A stretch of DNA of 63,955 nucleotides, filler included, from a bacterium (GTDB taxonomy: Bacteria > JBBIVP01), in the NCBI GenBank assembly GCA_037439705.1. It is 6 parts of 6 records of this genome, joined end to end, with 100 filler letters (N's around TTAATTAATTAA, not from the genome) between each part and the next. Parts side by side here need not be neighbours in the genome. Positions count along the whole stretch, not along the records: positions 1 to 12,574 come from JBBIVP010000046.1; 5 more parts are not named here. One strand, written 5' to 3'. Numbering within the stretch: the first letter of the stretch is position 1; every line of letters starts with the position of its first letter. The notes beneath the pieces are model-generated. The model was not told where the DNA came from, searched no databases, and worked only from the letters and a program-made list of their open reading frames with translations. The translations under genes were made by a program, and so were the position numbers. Shown one piece after another: positions 1 to 9,894 of this stretch.

Positions 1-10
1 TATTTAAATC

Positions 11-442
11 ATGAAGTTCTATTTACTTTCCATTCTTGCAGCGCTTTTCTGGGGAATGGCTCCTGTTCTTGAAAAAATTGGTTTATCAAAAATTCCTCCC
101 CTGGCAGGGATATTTGTTAGAAGCCTTGTATCAGCATTTTTATGTGCGGTAATTTTTTCTTCTTACAATGGTGGATGGAACTGGATTTTTTCAGATGGGA
201 GCAGAAAAGGGATTCTTCTTCTCATAATAAGTGGAATTTCATCTGCTTTCATAGGGCAGTTTTTTTACTTTTCAGCTCTCAAAATTGGAGAGGCTTCTGT
301 GGCGGTGGGTATAGCGAGCACATATCCGCTTGTTGCCTTTTTTCTTTCTTTAATTTTTCTCGGTGAATCTCTCACTGTTTATAAAGCCCTGGGTATAATA
401 CTCATTGTTTCAGGAATAATTATTCTTACATTGAGAGGTTAA
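11..442 (+). CDS. EamA/DMT family small membrane transporter
   Basis: 143 aa, about 5 hydrophobic helices, 'LAALFWG' and 'YFSALKIGEAS...STYPL' motifs. Confidence 0.85.
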   Translation: MKFYLLSILAALFWGMAPVLEKIGLSKIPPLAGIFVRSLVSAFLCAVIFSSYNGGWNWIFSDGSRKGILLLIISGISSAFIGQFFYFSALKIGEASVAVGIASTYPLVAFFLSLIFLGESLTVYKALGIILIVSGIIILTLRG

Positions 443-443
443 A

Positions 444-947
444 ATGGAAGGAAAAGAGATTTTTAAAAGGGAAATTTACATGAAATCTTTCTGGACTAAG
501 AAAGAAACGATTATAGTTGAAGGAAAAATTGCCGATTCATATCACGAGATGTCCGCAAAAGTGGAGTTCTCCTTTCCAAAGCTTGAGATATTGGATATAG
601 AGTGTAGTTTTATAAGGTATCCCCATGAGGAATGTCTTGATGCTATGAAATACATTCATGAGATAAAAGGGTTGAGGGTGGGTAAGAATTTCTACAGGGA
701 CCTTACCGAAAGAATAGGTGGTCCAAAGGGGTGTATCCACCTGAACAATCTTCTTTATGAGATGGGCATGTCTGCTGTTCAGGCAAGGTTTGCAAGATGG
801 GATGAAATGGCACCACCTGAAATTTTAAATATGCCCAAGAAAAAATGGGTTAAATTGAGTTTACAGATGATGCCCGGTTTGAGGGATGGCTGTTCAGCCT
901 GGGCAAGCACAAGCAAAATAGTCAAAGAGGCAGAGGAGGAACCTTAA
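444..947 (+). CDS. DUF2889-like protein
   Basis: 'PHEEC' and 'GGPKGCIHLNNLL' motifs typical of DUF2889. Confidence 0.7.
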   Translation: MEGKEIFKREIYMKSFWTKKETIIVEGKIADSYHEMSAKVEFSFPKLEILDIECSFIRYPHEECLDAMKYIHEIKGLRVGKNFYRDLTERIGGPKGCIHLNNLLYEMGMSAVQARFARWDEMAPPEILNMPKKKWVKLSLQMMPGLRDGCSAWASTSKIVKEAEEEP

Positions 948-971
948 TTTCGCTTTTTATCACTTTTTGTT

Positions 972-1916
972 TTAATGATTTTCTCCGGGAAAGTCAGCGG
1001 ATTCCCTCATCCAGTTGGTTTTTTCCCATCCAAATTTTAACCACCTGTAGAGGTATGGAAATATCTCTTTCCTTGCATCCTTTCCTATGAACATTTCCAG
1101 ATGAGCGTATTCTTTTTTATTGAAATTTGCCCTTCCGAAGAACCAGAACTCATTTTTGCATTTTTTCCTCACCGAAGATGGAGGAATTGATGCCCAGTAT
1201 GGAATAAAATTGTCACCCTGTCCAGCGACTGCAATTGATGGGACATCCATCTGGCAAAACTTTTCTACAAAATCCCTTTTTTCCTCTTTTATGTAGTTTT
1301 TGATGAATTCTACCCAGTCGTGTTTTATTTCCTTCATGTTCTTTTTTATGAAATCAATTTCTTCCTTTGAAAATTTCTCTCCAAAGAGGAGTTCAAAGGC
1401 GGTTTTGTTGACTTTTACAAATGGCGGGATTTGATTTATTGCTTTTTCAAAATTTTTACCTTCATATTGAGAAATAAACCATTTGAAAGTTTCAGACCAT
1501 TCCCATGAGAATAGTGGTGGGCTTATCATGAAGATTCCTTTTATTCTGGAATCAATAGGTGTCTCCAGAATCGGCAGACAGGAAAATCCATGGCAGATAA
1601 GAAAAATCTCGTTATGTGGTGTGTATGTGGTTATAGTTCTTAATGCGGCAGAAAAAACGGGCAAAAATGAATCTTTTTCTTCAGGTGAAATAATCCATAC
1701 ATCAACGCCATTTTCTGCCAGGTAGTTTCCGATGGTTTCTGAATAAAAATTAGGAGAAAATCCTGCCTCTCCTGCAATTAAAACACCGGAAGCCAATTTG
1801 AGCCCCTTTGTTTTTAAATTAATCAGGACATTTTTTACTCCATTTTCTATTTTTATTTCAGTTTTTATTACGGAGCAGGAGAGTATAAGAAACGAGAGCA
1901 AAATAAGTCTTTTCAT
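972..1916 (-). CDS. Alpha/beta-hydrolase-fold lipoprotein with degenerate nucleophile elbow
   Basis: Lipobox ILSC; C-terminus (GQGD...YAHLEMFIG) parallels the adjacent hydrolase; CHGFS in place of GHSMG. Confidence 0.7.
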   Translation of the reverse strand: MKRLILLSFLILSCSVIKTEIKIENGVKNVLINLKTKGLKLASGVLIAGEAGFSPNFYSETIGNYLAENGVDVWIISPEEKDSFLPVFSAALRTITTYTPHNEIFLICHGFSCLPILETPIDSRIKGIFMISPPLFSWEWSETFKWFISQYEGKNFEKAINQIPPFVKVNKTAFELLFGEKFSKEEIDFIKKNMKEIKHDWVEFIKNYIKEEKRDFVEKFCQMDVPSIAVAGQGDNFIPYWASIPPSSVRKKCKNEFWFFGRANFNKKEYAHLEMFIGKDARKEIFPYLYRWLKFGWEKTNWMRESADFPGENH

Positions 1917-2980
1917 TCTAAGTGGTCTTTAAACCAGTTTTCAATGAGCGGGTATATATCTTCCTCCACATGCTTTCCCATTATCAGGTCTGTATGTGCA
2001 TAATCCCAATGAAATCCATTTGCTTTTGAAGCGATGACAAACTTTTTATCTTCTGTTCCAAGAAGTTTGAACGCATCATATACGCTTTGAGATGGAGCAA
2101 GTCCATCTTTTTGCCCCACAATAAAAAGAACCGGAACATCAACATCTTTGAGAGCATATTTGTAGGAGTGAATTCCATCCGCAGTGGTGAAATCTTCCTT
2201 TATAAACCACATCACAAATTCCTTCATGACCTCTCCCGAAACATTATCCACTGCGTTTGCCATTGCCCTTTTTCTTACTAACGGTTCTATGTTGTCGCTA
2301 TCCCATACAAGAAGATCTGCTCCTTCAATTGGAACCCTGCCAAGGGGTGAAAGCATTTGTGCTAATGGGCGAACTGGAAAGAATCTCATTCCGTAGACTA
2401 TTTCTTTTGTGTAATGTGCTATTTTATATAAGAGAGTTGGAAGGACAAAATCCACTGGAGAGCCAACAGTTACGACTGCTTTCAGACTTTCTTTTTCCAC
2501 CATTCCCATATACGCATAAATTACCATTCCTCCCATACTGTGTCCAACCCAGAAGACTTTTTTTGAAGGAGTTCTTTCCTTTACAAAATTTATTACAGCT
2601 TTCAGGTCATAAAATACATATTTGTCAAAGTTGTAATCATAGCGGTATTTGTTAAATGGAGATGGTTTACTGCTTTCACCTGAGCCTCTCAGGTCAATAA
2701 GGTAAACTTCAAACCCTTTCTTTTTTAGATATTTTCCAATGCTCTTTTCTCCAAGATCCCAGGAAAATCTATTTGAGCCAAGTCCGTGGCAGACAATAAC
2801 TGGATATTTGTAAAGAACTTGTTCGGGCTTGTAGTGATGCAAAGATATTTTCCACCCATCTTCAGTTTCTATTTCATAGTGATAATCTGCTGGTTCTTTT
2901 ACCCTGTAAAAATAATGTGGAAATACACATCCCCCCTCTATTGCCATCAATATGGCTAAAATGTATTTCCCCCCTCTCAT
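1913..2980 (-). CDS. Alpha/beta hydrolase (lipase/PhaC-like)
   Basis: CHGLG, DLRG, GHSMGG, GQKD and YAHTDL motifs. Confidence 0.85.
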   Translation of the reverse strand: MRGGKYILAILMAIEGGCVFPHYFYRVKEPADYHYEIETEDGWKISLHHYKPEQVLYKYPVIVCHGLGSNRFSWDLGEKSIGKYLKKKGFEVYLIDLRGSGESSKPSPFNKYRYDYNFDKYVFYDLKAVINFVKERTPSKKVFWVGHSMGGMVIYAYMGMVEKESLKAVVTVGSPVDFVLPTLLYKIAHYTKEIVYGMRFFPVRPLAQMLSPLGRVPIEGADLLVWDSDNIEPLVRKRAMANAVDNVSGEVMKEFVMWFIKEDFTTADGIHSYKYALKDVDVPVLFIVGQKDGLAPSQSVYDAFKLLGTEDKKFVIASKANGFHWDYAHTDLIMGKHVEEDIYPLIENWFKDHLE

Positions 2981-2993
2981 TAAAATCCGGGGT

Positions 2994-3197
<204 letters not shown>

Positions 3198-3246
3198 TTA
3201 TTTTAGATTACTTCCCTACAAAATTTTTTCAAGCATATTTTGAAAT

Positions 3247-4083
3247 TTATTCCTCAATAATTTTTCTGAAATTCTGGTGGATTTCTTCCACAGTCCATTT
3301 TTTCTTTTTCATTCCCCTTGTCAGGTAGGTTTTGTAGGCAAAAATTTCTCCACCGTGAATTCCTATTACATTTCCGGTTACTGAATCAGCAAGGTCGGAA
3401 AGAAGATACATTACCACAGGAACACAGAGTTCAGGTGCAAATTCCTCTTTTTTTACATCCTTAAAAGATGGGTGATTTTCCGTCATTCTCGTTATAGCGA
3501 GAGGAAGAATGCAATTCACAGTAATTTTATATTTTGCAAACTCAATTGCGGCAGTCTTTGTAAGTCCTATTATTCCTGCACAGGCGGAAGAGTAGTTCGC
3601 ACCTCCATAATTTCCAAATATCCCCGTTAAAGAAGATGTATTTATTATTCTTCCCCATCCCCTTTCTTTCATTATTTTTGCAGATGACCGCATACATAAA
3701 AAAGAACCTTTAAGTATGACATCTATTACTCTATCAAATTCCTCCTTACTTATTTCCAGAATTGGTTTGTCACTGATGATTCCAGCATTGTTTATCAATA
3801 TATCCACCCCACCAAAATTTTTAACAGCGGTTGCTATTATTTTTTCAACTCCATCTGCTTCCGCTACTGAATCAAAGTTTGGCACCGCGATTCCCCCTTG
3901 GGTTCTGATTTCTTCCACCACTTTTTCAACTACCTCTTTATTTCCACCTGAACCATCAATTTCAAATCCTGGGTCATTCACCACCACCCTTGCTCCTTCC
4001 CTTGCGAGGGCAATTGCATATTCTCTTCCAAGTCCTCTTCCTCCACCTGTTATTATTGCCACCTTTCCTTCAAGAAGCCACAT
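3247..4083 (-). CDS. SDR family oxidoreductase with YxxxC instead of YxxxK
   Basis: TGGGRGLG, NNAG, NYSSAC; start set at ATG 4083 by alignment to the paralog at 7417-8361 and by promoter position. Confidence 0.85.
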   Translation of the reverse strand: MWLLEGKVAIITGGGRGLGREYAIALAREGARVVVNDPGFEIDGSGGNKEVVEKVVEEIRTQGGIAVPNFDSVAEADGVEKIIATAVKNFGGVDILINNAGIISDKPILEISKEEFDRVIDVILKGSFLCMRSSAKIMKERGWGRIINTSSLTGIFGNYGGANYSSACAGIIGLTKTAAIEFAKYKITVNCILPLAITRMTENHPSFKDVKKEEFAPELCVPVVMYLLSDLADSVTGNVIGIHGGEIFAYKTYLTRGMKKKKWTVEEIHQNFRKIIEE

Positions 4084-4141
4084 TTTATCTTTTTTATTTT
4101 CTTTTGATTTTTTATTCAAAATTTTTATACAATGGAATTAT

Positions 4142-4585
4142 ATGAGGAGGTTTTTGCTTCTTATAATTATGCTCATCTCCTGTGCGGAAAATGGAGAAAT
4201 AGGAATAGTTGAAGTTAGTGTGGAACCAGATCCATCTCATTTGGTCATTGATGAAAACCTTGAAATGAAGGTATGCAGTGCGAAGATAAAACTGGAAGAG
4301 AGGGGAGGGGTTGGGGTTTATTTCATCGGTGAAAGAATAAATTATATAGACATGAAAGATGTACAGATTTTTCACACTGAGGTTTATGATGAGAACGGAA
4401 TTTTAGAAAAATACGGGTATAACTATCTTCCCCCAAATTCATCGGTGGAAATAGAAATAAAGGATATGGTTTCAACCGAGGGCCCCGATAATTTTTATGT
4501 GGAGGATACGGTTTATTGCAGGGATATTAAGGGAAATTATTTTGAAGTTTATTATAAGAGAACATGTCTCTCGTCAGAGAAATAA
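4142..4585 (+). CDS. Hypothetical lipoprotein
   Basis: MRRFLLLIIMLISC lipobox; 3' part of ORF 3716..4585, whose 5' part is antisense to the SDR. Confidence 0.7.
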   Translation: MRRFLLLIIMLISCAENGEIGIVEVSVEPDPSHLVIDENLEMKVCSAKIKLEERGGVGVYFIGERINYIDMKDVQIFHTEVYDENGILEKYGYNYLPPNSSVEIEIKDMVSTEGPDNFYVEDTVYCRDIKGNYFEVYYKRTCLSSEK

Positions 4586-4587
4586 TT

Positions 4588-5511
4588 TCAGGTATTTTCT
4601 AAGAATTCCCTTACAACTGTTTTAACCATTGCGGTAAGATTTAAAATGTAAGCCCTTTTGCTCTGGGTAGTTTCGGACGGGTTATAATCTTTTTCTGCTA
4701 TTTCCTCAACTACTTTCTTTAAAGAGATTTCGTCCAGGGGATTCCCCTTTTTCAGAATTTTTTCTTTTATCATCTCCGCAAATCCCTCAGTATCTTTTAT
4801 GCTTTTTTCAAGAAAAATTTTTGCCTCTTCTCCTCCTATAACACCTCCGTGAGCGAGTCCAATCCATTCGGGTTTCAGTTTTTTCATTTTTTGAAGTGAG
4901 TTCATGTAATGTTTGAAACTTACAAGAAATTGGGGATAAATTTTTTTTCCGCTGAGGGATGGGACCCCATAAGCTTCTCCTGCAAATATCGCGTTATCAG
5001 GCATTACTCTATAACATAAACTGTCTCTTGTATGTCCAGGAACTTCGTAGACTTCAATATATACTCCGTTTCCAACATTAAGAACCTCACCCTCTTTCAG
5101 AATTCTGTGAATGGTGAATCCTTCAAAAGTTATTTTTTTTCCGTTTAAAATTCCGTCTTTTATTCCAAGTGATTTTTCCATATCTTCGTTTAGAGATCTG
5201 ATTAGGGCAATGGCACTTTCTTTTTTCAAAACCTCAGAAGCGTGCGCACCAGCCATAACTTCTAAATTTTTTAACTTTCTCAAAAGAAATGGAGTTGAGC
5301 CACAGTGGTCAAAATGTGAGTGCGTGAGTAGGTGATATATCTTTGGATAATTGTGATAATGTTTCAAATCTTCATAAAGAAGAGGCCCCATTATAGTCAT
5401 ACCAGAGTCAATTAGAACAGGTATTTCAGAAGAGAGGAGATAGGATGGTATCATAGAATTTCCTATCAACGATATATTTTCTGAGAAACTTCCCTTATCA
5501 ATTATTCTCAT
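4588..5511 (-). CDS. Metallo-beta-lactamase fold hydrolase
   Basis: THSHFDH, PGHT and LAHG motifs. Confidence 0.88.
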   Translation of the reverse strand: MRIIDKGSFSENISLIGNSMIPSYLLSSEIPVLIDSGMTIMGPLLYEDLKHYHNYPKIYHLLTHSHFDHCGSTPFLLRKLKNLEVMAGAHASEVLKKESAIALIRSLNEDMEKSLGIKDGILNGKKITFEGFTIHRILKEGEVLNVGNGVYIEVYEVPGHTRDSLCYRVMPDNAIFAGEAYGVPSLSGKKIYPQFLVSFKHYMNSLQKMKKLKPEWIGLAHGGVIGGEEAKIFLEKSIKDTEGFAEMIKEKILKKGNPLDEISLKKVVEEIAEKDYNPSETTQSKRAYILNLTAMVKTVVREFLENT

Positions 5512-5512
5512 T

Positions 5513-6466
5513 TCAAAAACCGATTTTTTCCTTAATAAAATATGTCCTCGTAGGCGGGATTGAATGATAAATCCTTACGATGAGTTCTGCTATTATTCCT
5601 ATCATTAGGAGTTGAAAGCCTATGATGAAGAGAAAAACTGATAAGATGAGGAGAGGGTTTTTATGAGCAAATACACCAAGCGCATATTTCTGGTATAATG
5701 TGTAAACTCCTGTTAAAATCCCGCTAAGCATAAGAATAAGTGAGGGAATTCCAAAAAAGTGAATTGGACGAGTAGAGTAGGAAGCCATAAATTTTAAAAA
5801 GAATATGTCAAGAATGACCTTAAATGTCCTCGTTATACCATATTTTGATTTTCCTCTTTTTCTTTCACTGTGTCTGACAGGGATTTCTTTTATTTTTGCT
5901 CCCCTCCAGAGAGAGAAAACGGGAATAAATCTGTGCATTTCTCCGTAAAGTGGCAAGCCCTTTATGAAGTTTTTTCTATAGGCTTTTAGGGTACATCCTA
6001 TATCATGTATTTTTATGCCGAGGAGGTTTCTTATTATAAAATTTGCAATCATGGATGGGAGTCTTCTTTTGAAGAAAGACTCTTTTCTTTCCTTTCTCCA
6101 TCCGCTTACCACATCACAATCCTCAATCTCTTTGAGAAGAATGGGTATGTCTTCTGGATGGTTTTGAAGGTCAGCGTCCATTGTAACAATGATATCTCCT
6201 TCTGCCATTTCAATTCCTGCTGAAAGAGCCGGAGTCTGTCCAAAATTTTTTCCAAATTTTATTCCTTTTACCCTTCTGTCTTTCTTTGACAGTTCGGTTA
6301 TTTTTTCCCATGTTCTGTCCAACGACCCATCGTCAACGAAAATGATTTCAAACTCAAAACCATTCAGCGCCTTTACAATCCTTTCATAAACTTCATCAAT
6401 ATTTTCTTCTTCGTTAAATGCAGGGATTACAATACTTATTAGTAGATTTTCTTTATCCATTCCCAT
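5513..6466 (-). CDS. GT2 polyprenol-phosphate glycosyltransferase (ArnC/DPM-like)
   Basis: IPAFNEE, VDDGS, MDADLQ, two C-terminal TM helices; start 6466 or 6460. Confidence 0.9.
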   Translation of the reverse strand: MGMDKENLLISIVIPAFNEEENIDEVYERIVKALNGFEFEIIFVDDGSLDRTWEKITELSKKDRRVKGIKFGKNFGQTPALSAGIEMAEGDIIVTMDADLQNHPEDIPILLKEIEDCDVVSGWRKERKESFFKRRLPSMIANFIIRNLLGIKIHDIGCTLKAYRKNFIKGLPLYGEMHRFIPVFSLWRGAKIKEIPVRHSERKRGKSKYGITRTFKVILDIFFLKFMASYSTRPIHFFGIPSLILMLSGILTGVYTLYQKYALGVFAHKNPLLILSVFLFIIGFQLLMIGIIAELIVRIYHSIPPTRTYFIKEKIGF

Positions 6467-7380
6467 TCTTCCTTTAATCCATCCACTATATCGGTTGATG
6501 GTTTAAATGCAGTTATGTTTGATAGTTCTGTTGTGTCTGCGAGGGTTTGAAAGACATCTCCTTTTTGTTCGTTTATATATATCACTTTAAACTTTTTCTT
6601 TGTCACATCACCAATTATTTCAAGGACTTCATTGATGGAGATGGTATGTCCACCGCCCAGATTCAAAATTTTGCCCTCCGGTTTTATTTCAATAATTCTC
6701 ATAATTACTTCTAACACATCATCTATATATGTAAAATCTCTTTTCTGATTTCCACCCCCAAATACGTTTATTTCTTCGTCCATTTTTATTGCTTTAAAGA
6801 ACCTGTGAAAAGCCATGTCGGGTCTTTGTTTTGGACCATAAACTGTAAAAAACCTCAAGCATACAGATGGAATTCCATAGTTTTTGTGATAAACCATTAC
6901 GAGATTTTCACCTGCAAGTTTTGTTACTCCGTATGGAGATTTAGGCATGGGAATAGAGGATTCCTTTAAAGGTAAATCGGGATTGTCCCCATATACAGAG
7001 GAAGAAGAGGCATAGATGAAAAGTTCAATGTTTGTTTTTGTGCATGCTTCCAGCAATTTTTGTGTGGCAAGGACATTGTGTAAGAGATATTCTTCAAACC
7101 TCTTTCCCCAGCTTGTTCTAACCCCGGGTAATGCTGCAAGGTGAATCACAATGTCAATTCCGGAGAGGAGACTTTCCATATCAAGCAAGTTTAAATCTCC
7201 TTCCCTGAAATCAAAAAATTTGTTCCGTTGAAGTTCTTTTATGTTTTGAATTTTAAATATCTTTGGGTAATTTTGTAAAAAGCAGTCTACCCCTTTTACT
7301 CTAAATCTCTTTTCCAGTAAAGAATGAGCTACCCAGAAGCCAATAAATCCTCCCACCCCTGTAACAAGCACATTTTTCAT
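6439..7380 (-). CDS. NAD-dependent nucleotide-sugar epimerase (UDP-glucuronate 4-epimerase-like)
   Basis: TGVGGFIG, ASSSSVYG, YGVTK, RFFTVYGP..RPDMA. Confidence 0.88.
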   Translation of the reverse strand: MKNVLVTGVGGFIGFWVAHSLLEKRFRVKGVDCFLQNYPKIFKIQNIKELQRNKFFDFREGDLNLLDMESLLSGIDIVIHLAALPGVRTSWGKRFEEYLLHNVLATQKLLEACTKTNIELFIYASSSSVYGDNPDLPLKESSIPMPKSPYGVTKLAGENLVMVYHKNYGIPSVCLRFFTVYGPKQRPDMAFHRFFKAIKMDEEINVFGGGNQKRDFTYIDDVLEVIMRIIEIKPEGKILNLGGGHTISINEVLEIIGDVTKKKFKVIYINEQKGDVFQTLADTTELSNITAFKPSTDIVDGLKEEWEWIKKIY

Positions 7381-7416
7381 CTTCTTTCAAAGGAGTAGAC
7401 TGCTTTTTTATTTAAC

Positions 7417-8361
7417 TTATCCACCCATTCCGAGGTCTGCAAAAGGAGCTGTCATTTCCTCAGGAGGTGGGGCTTTCTTGAGCATTTCCTTGAGTTTTGG
7501 ACCAATCTCTTTTGGTTTCCAGCGAGCCTTTCCTTTCTTTATTTTGTCTACTGTGTGCCATCCTCTTAATAGCCATATAACATCTCCTGCAACTCTGAAG
7601 ACCTGACCCGTGATATCATTTGCGTCATCGCTTGCAAGATAGGCAACAAGTGGAGCGATGTTTGCCGGGTCAAGTGGGTCAAACTGTCCCTCGGGTGGTT
7701 TCATGCTCATTATGGCAGCAAGAGAAGGAGTAGCGTCTGTTGTTAACCTCGTTCTTGCAACAGGTGCGATACAGTTAACATTTACATTATAGCGTGCCAT
7801 TTCCTTGGCGAGAATGATGGTCAATGCTGCTATTCCTGCTTTTGCTGCTCCGTAATTGGTCTGACCGGGATTACCGAGAAGTCCTGCATCCGAGCTTGTA
7901 TTTATTATCTTCCCATTAAGAATATTTCCAGCCTTGTGCTGTTCCCTCCAGTAGGCACAGGCATGTCTGCACATATTAAATGTGCCCTTTAAATGTACAG
8001 CAATAACAGCGTCCCACATCTCTTCTTCCATATTGAAGAGCATTTTGTCTCTGAGGATTCCAGCATTGTTTACTACAATGTGGAGAGCCCCGTATGTATC
8101 TATTGCCTGTTTAATAATGTTAGCAGCACCCTTGAAATCGCTCACGCTGTCAAAATTTGGAACAGCTTCTCCTCCCATCTTTTTTATCTCATTTGCCACA
8201 TCCTCTGCAGGTCCCCTTGAAGTTCCTGTTCCATCGTAGTGCCCCCCTGCATCATTGACCACCACTTTTGCTCCTTCCTTTGCAAGCAAAATTGCTTCCT
8301 CCCTTCCTATTCCTCTTCCCGCCCCCGTTACTATTGCTACTTTTCCATCAAGTATTCCCAT
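7417..8361 (-). CDS. SDR oxidoreductase (MFE-2/3-hydroxyacyl-CoA dehydrogenase-like)
   Basis: TGAGRGIG, NNAGILRD, NYGAAK; SD AGGAGGTG. Confidence 0.9.
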   Translation of the reverse strand: MGILDGKVAIVTGAGRGIGREEAILLAKEGAKVVVNDAGGHYDGTGTSRGPAEDVANEIKKMGGEAVPNFDSVSDFKGAANIIKQAIDTYGALHIVVNNAGILRDKMLFNMEEEMWDAVIAVHLKGTFNMCRHACAYWREQHKAGNILNGKIINTSSDAGLLGNPGQTNYGAAKAGIAALTIILAKEMARYNVNVNCIAPVARTRLTTDATPSLAAIMSMKPPEGQFDPLDPANIAPLVAYLASDDANDITGQVFRVAGDVIWLLRGWHTVDKIKKGKARWKPKEIGPKLKEMLKKAPPPEEMTAPFADLGMGG

Positions 8362-8456
8362 TGTTTCACCTCCTAAATTTGTTTTTTTATAGGTATAATA
8401 GATATAAATTCAAGTTTCAAGCATATTTAAAATCGGAAGGAACTATTTGTGAAGAT

Positions 8457-9893
8457 TTATTCAATTTTCCATACTATTTCATATTTGTCTTTGATATTTG
8501 TGGGCTCCAGAATCACCTTCAGGTTGAATTCCCTTTTGATACTTTCAATTATAGAAGAATAATCCTCAGGCTTTATTATTTCGTCTTTAGAGTTGATTTT
8601 TATAATTACTGTGAGTTCCTGTTCAGTGTTTCTTCTTTTGAGCAGTGGATTTCTCAAAATTTCTTCAAATGCTTCTTTTATTATAAAGTCTGAGGAAAAA
8701 ATTCCCCCCCTTCCGCCACACAGTGGACAGGAAATGTTGATTTTTTTAGAAAAACTTGCCTCATCTTTTTCTCTTGTTAAAGATACAATTCCGAACTTTT
8801 CTATTTTTTCTGGAAAGGAAATTCTTGCTCTGTCTTTTTTGAGTTCTTGTTTTAAAATAGAAATTAACTCTTCTTTCTTTTCTTTTGATTCCATATCAAT
8901 GAAATCAATAACTATAATCCCACCTATGTTCCTTAATCTTATCTGCCTCGCTATTTCTTCTGCAGCCAGACAATTGGTTATGAATGCGGATTCCTCAAAT
9001 GAGTTCAATCCCCTGAATTTTCCTGTGTTTACATCGATTCCCGTGAATCCCTCCATCTCTTCTATGATTATGTATCCTCCGTTTTTGAGCCATACCTTTT
9101 TCCTCAGCGCCCTTTCCAATTCACCTTTAACACCGTATATCTGAAAGAGAGAAATTTCATCTTTGTGTAATCTCAGCTGAATATTGTGATTCGGAGGTAG
9201 TTTCTCAATAAATTTTCCAATTTTGTCAAAAATTTCTTTTGAATCCGCAATTACTTCATTTGGTCCTTTTCCTAAAAATTCTCTTATTATTCTTATGTAA
9301 AGCGGGGGCTCTGTATATAAAACCTCTTTGGTAATTTTTGATGAGATTTTTTCCCACAAATTTATTATTTCTTTTACCTCGTTGAGCAACATATCTTCAG
9401 AGGCAATAGATGCTGCTGTTCTTATTATGAAACCCATCTTTGAACTGTAGTCTTTCAGTGTCTTTTTTAACTTTTCCCTGAGGGCTTCGGATTCAATTTT
9501 GTGGGAAACTTTTATCCCCCTTAAAAATGGAATACCGACGAGAAAGAGTCCGGGAATTTTGACCTTCATTGATACTCTTGCTTTTTTGTTTTCAATTTTC
9601 TCCCTCACTATTTGAACTATAATTTTCTGTCCTTCTTTTAACACATCTTCAATTCTTTTTATCCTTCCGGGAATCTCGGTAATAAAGAGATACCCTGTGC
9701 CTCCGTCAGGGAGGCTTACGAATGCGGTCTGAAGGGCTGGAATAACCTTCTCAACAATCCCTCCACATATTGTATTATATGAAAGCGCATTTTCCTCTGT
9801 TTCCCAGTGGTATTCAACAAGTTTGTCTTCTATAACCGCAACCCTGGTTTCCCATGGGAGTTTAGAAATGAGAATTTTTCTTCTTACATCCAT
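8457..9893 (-). CDS. rng: Ribonuclease G/E family
   Basis: S1 domain, IDVNTG, ARQIRLRNIGGIIVIDFIDM, CPLCGG; start uncertain (9893 or 9905). Confidence 0.88.
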   Translation of the reverse strand: MDVRRKILISKLPWETRVAVIEDKLVEYHWETEENALSYNTICGGIVEKVIPALQTAFVSLPDGGTGYLFITEIPGRIKRIEDVLKEGQKIIVQIVREKIENKKARVSMKVKIPGLFLVGIPFLRGIKVSHKIESEALREKLKKTLKDYSSKMGFIIRTAASIASEDMLLNEVKEIINLWEKISSKITKEVLYTEPPLYIRIIREFLGKGPNEVIADSKEIFDKIGKFIEKLPPNHNIQLRLHKDEISLFQIYGVKGELERALRKKVWLKNGGYIIIEEMEGFTGIDVNTGKFRGLNSFEESAFITNCLAAEEIARQIRLRNIGGIIVIDFIDMESKEKKEELISILKQELKKDRARISFPEKIEKFGIVSLTREKDEASFSKKINISCPLCGGRGGIFSSDFIIKEAFEEILRNPLLKRRNTEQELTVIIKINSKDEIIKPEDYSSIIESIKREFNLKVILEPTNIKDKYEIVWKIE

Positions 9894-9894
9894 T

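Noticed and set aside
3716..4141. Long antisense ORFs, here and for example at 8593-9144, 25979-26473 and 45188-45727
   Set aside because: They are shadows of well-supported genes on the opposite strand with no motifs of their own.
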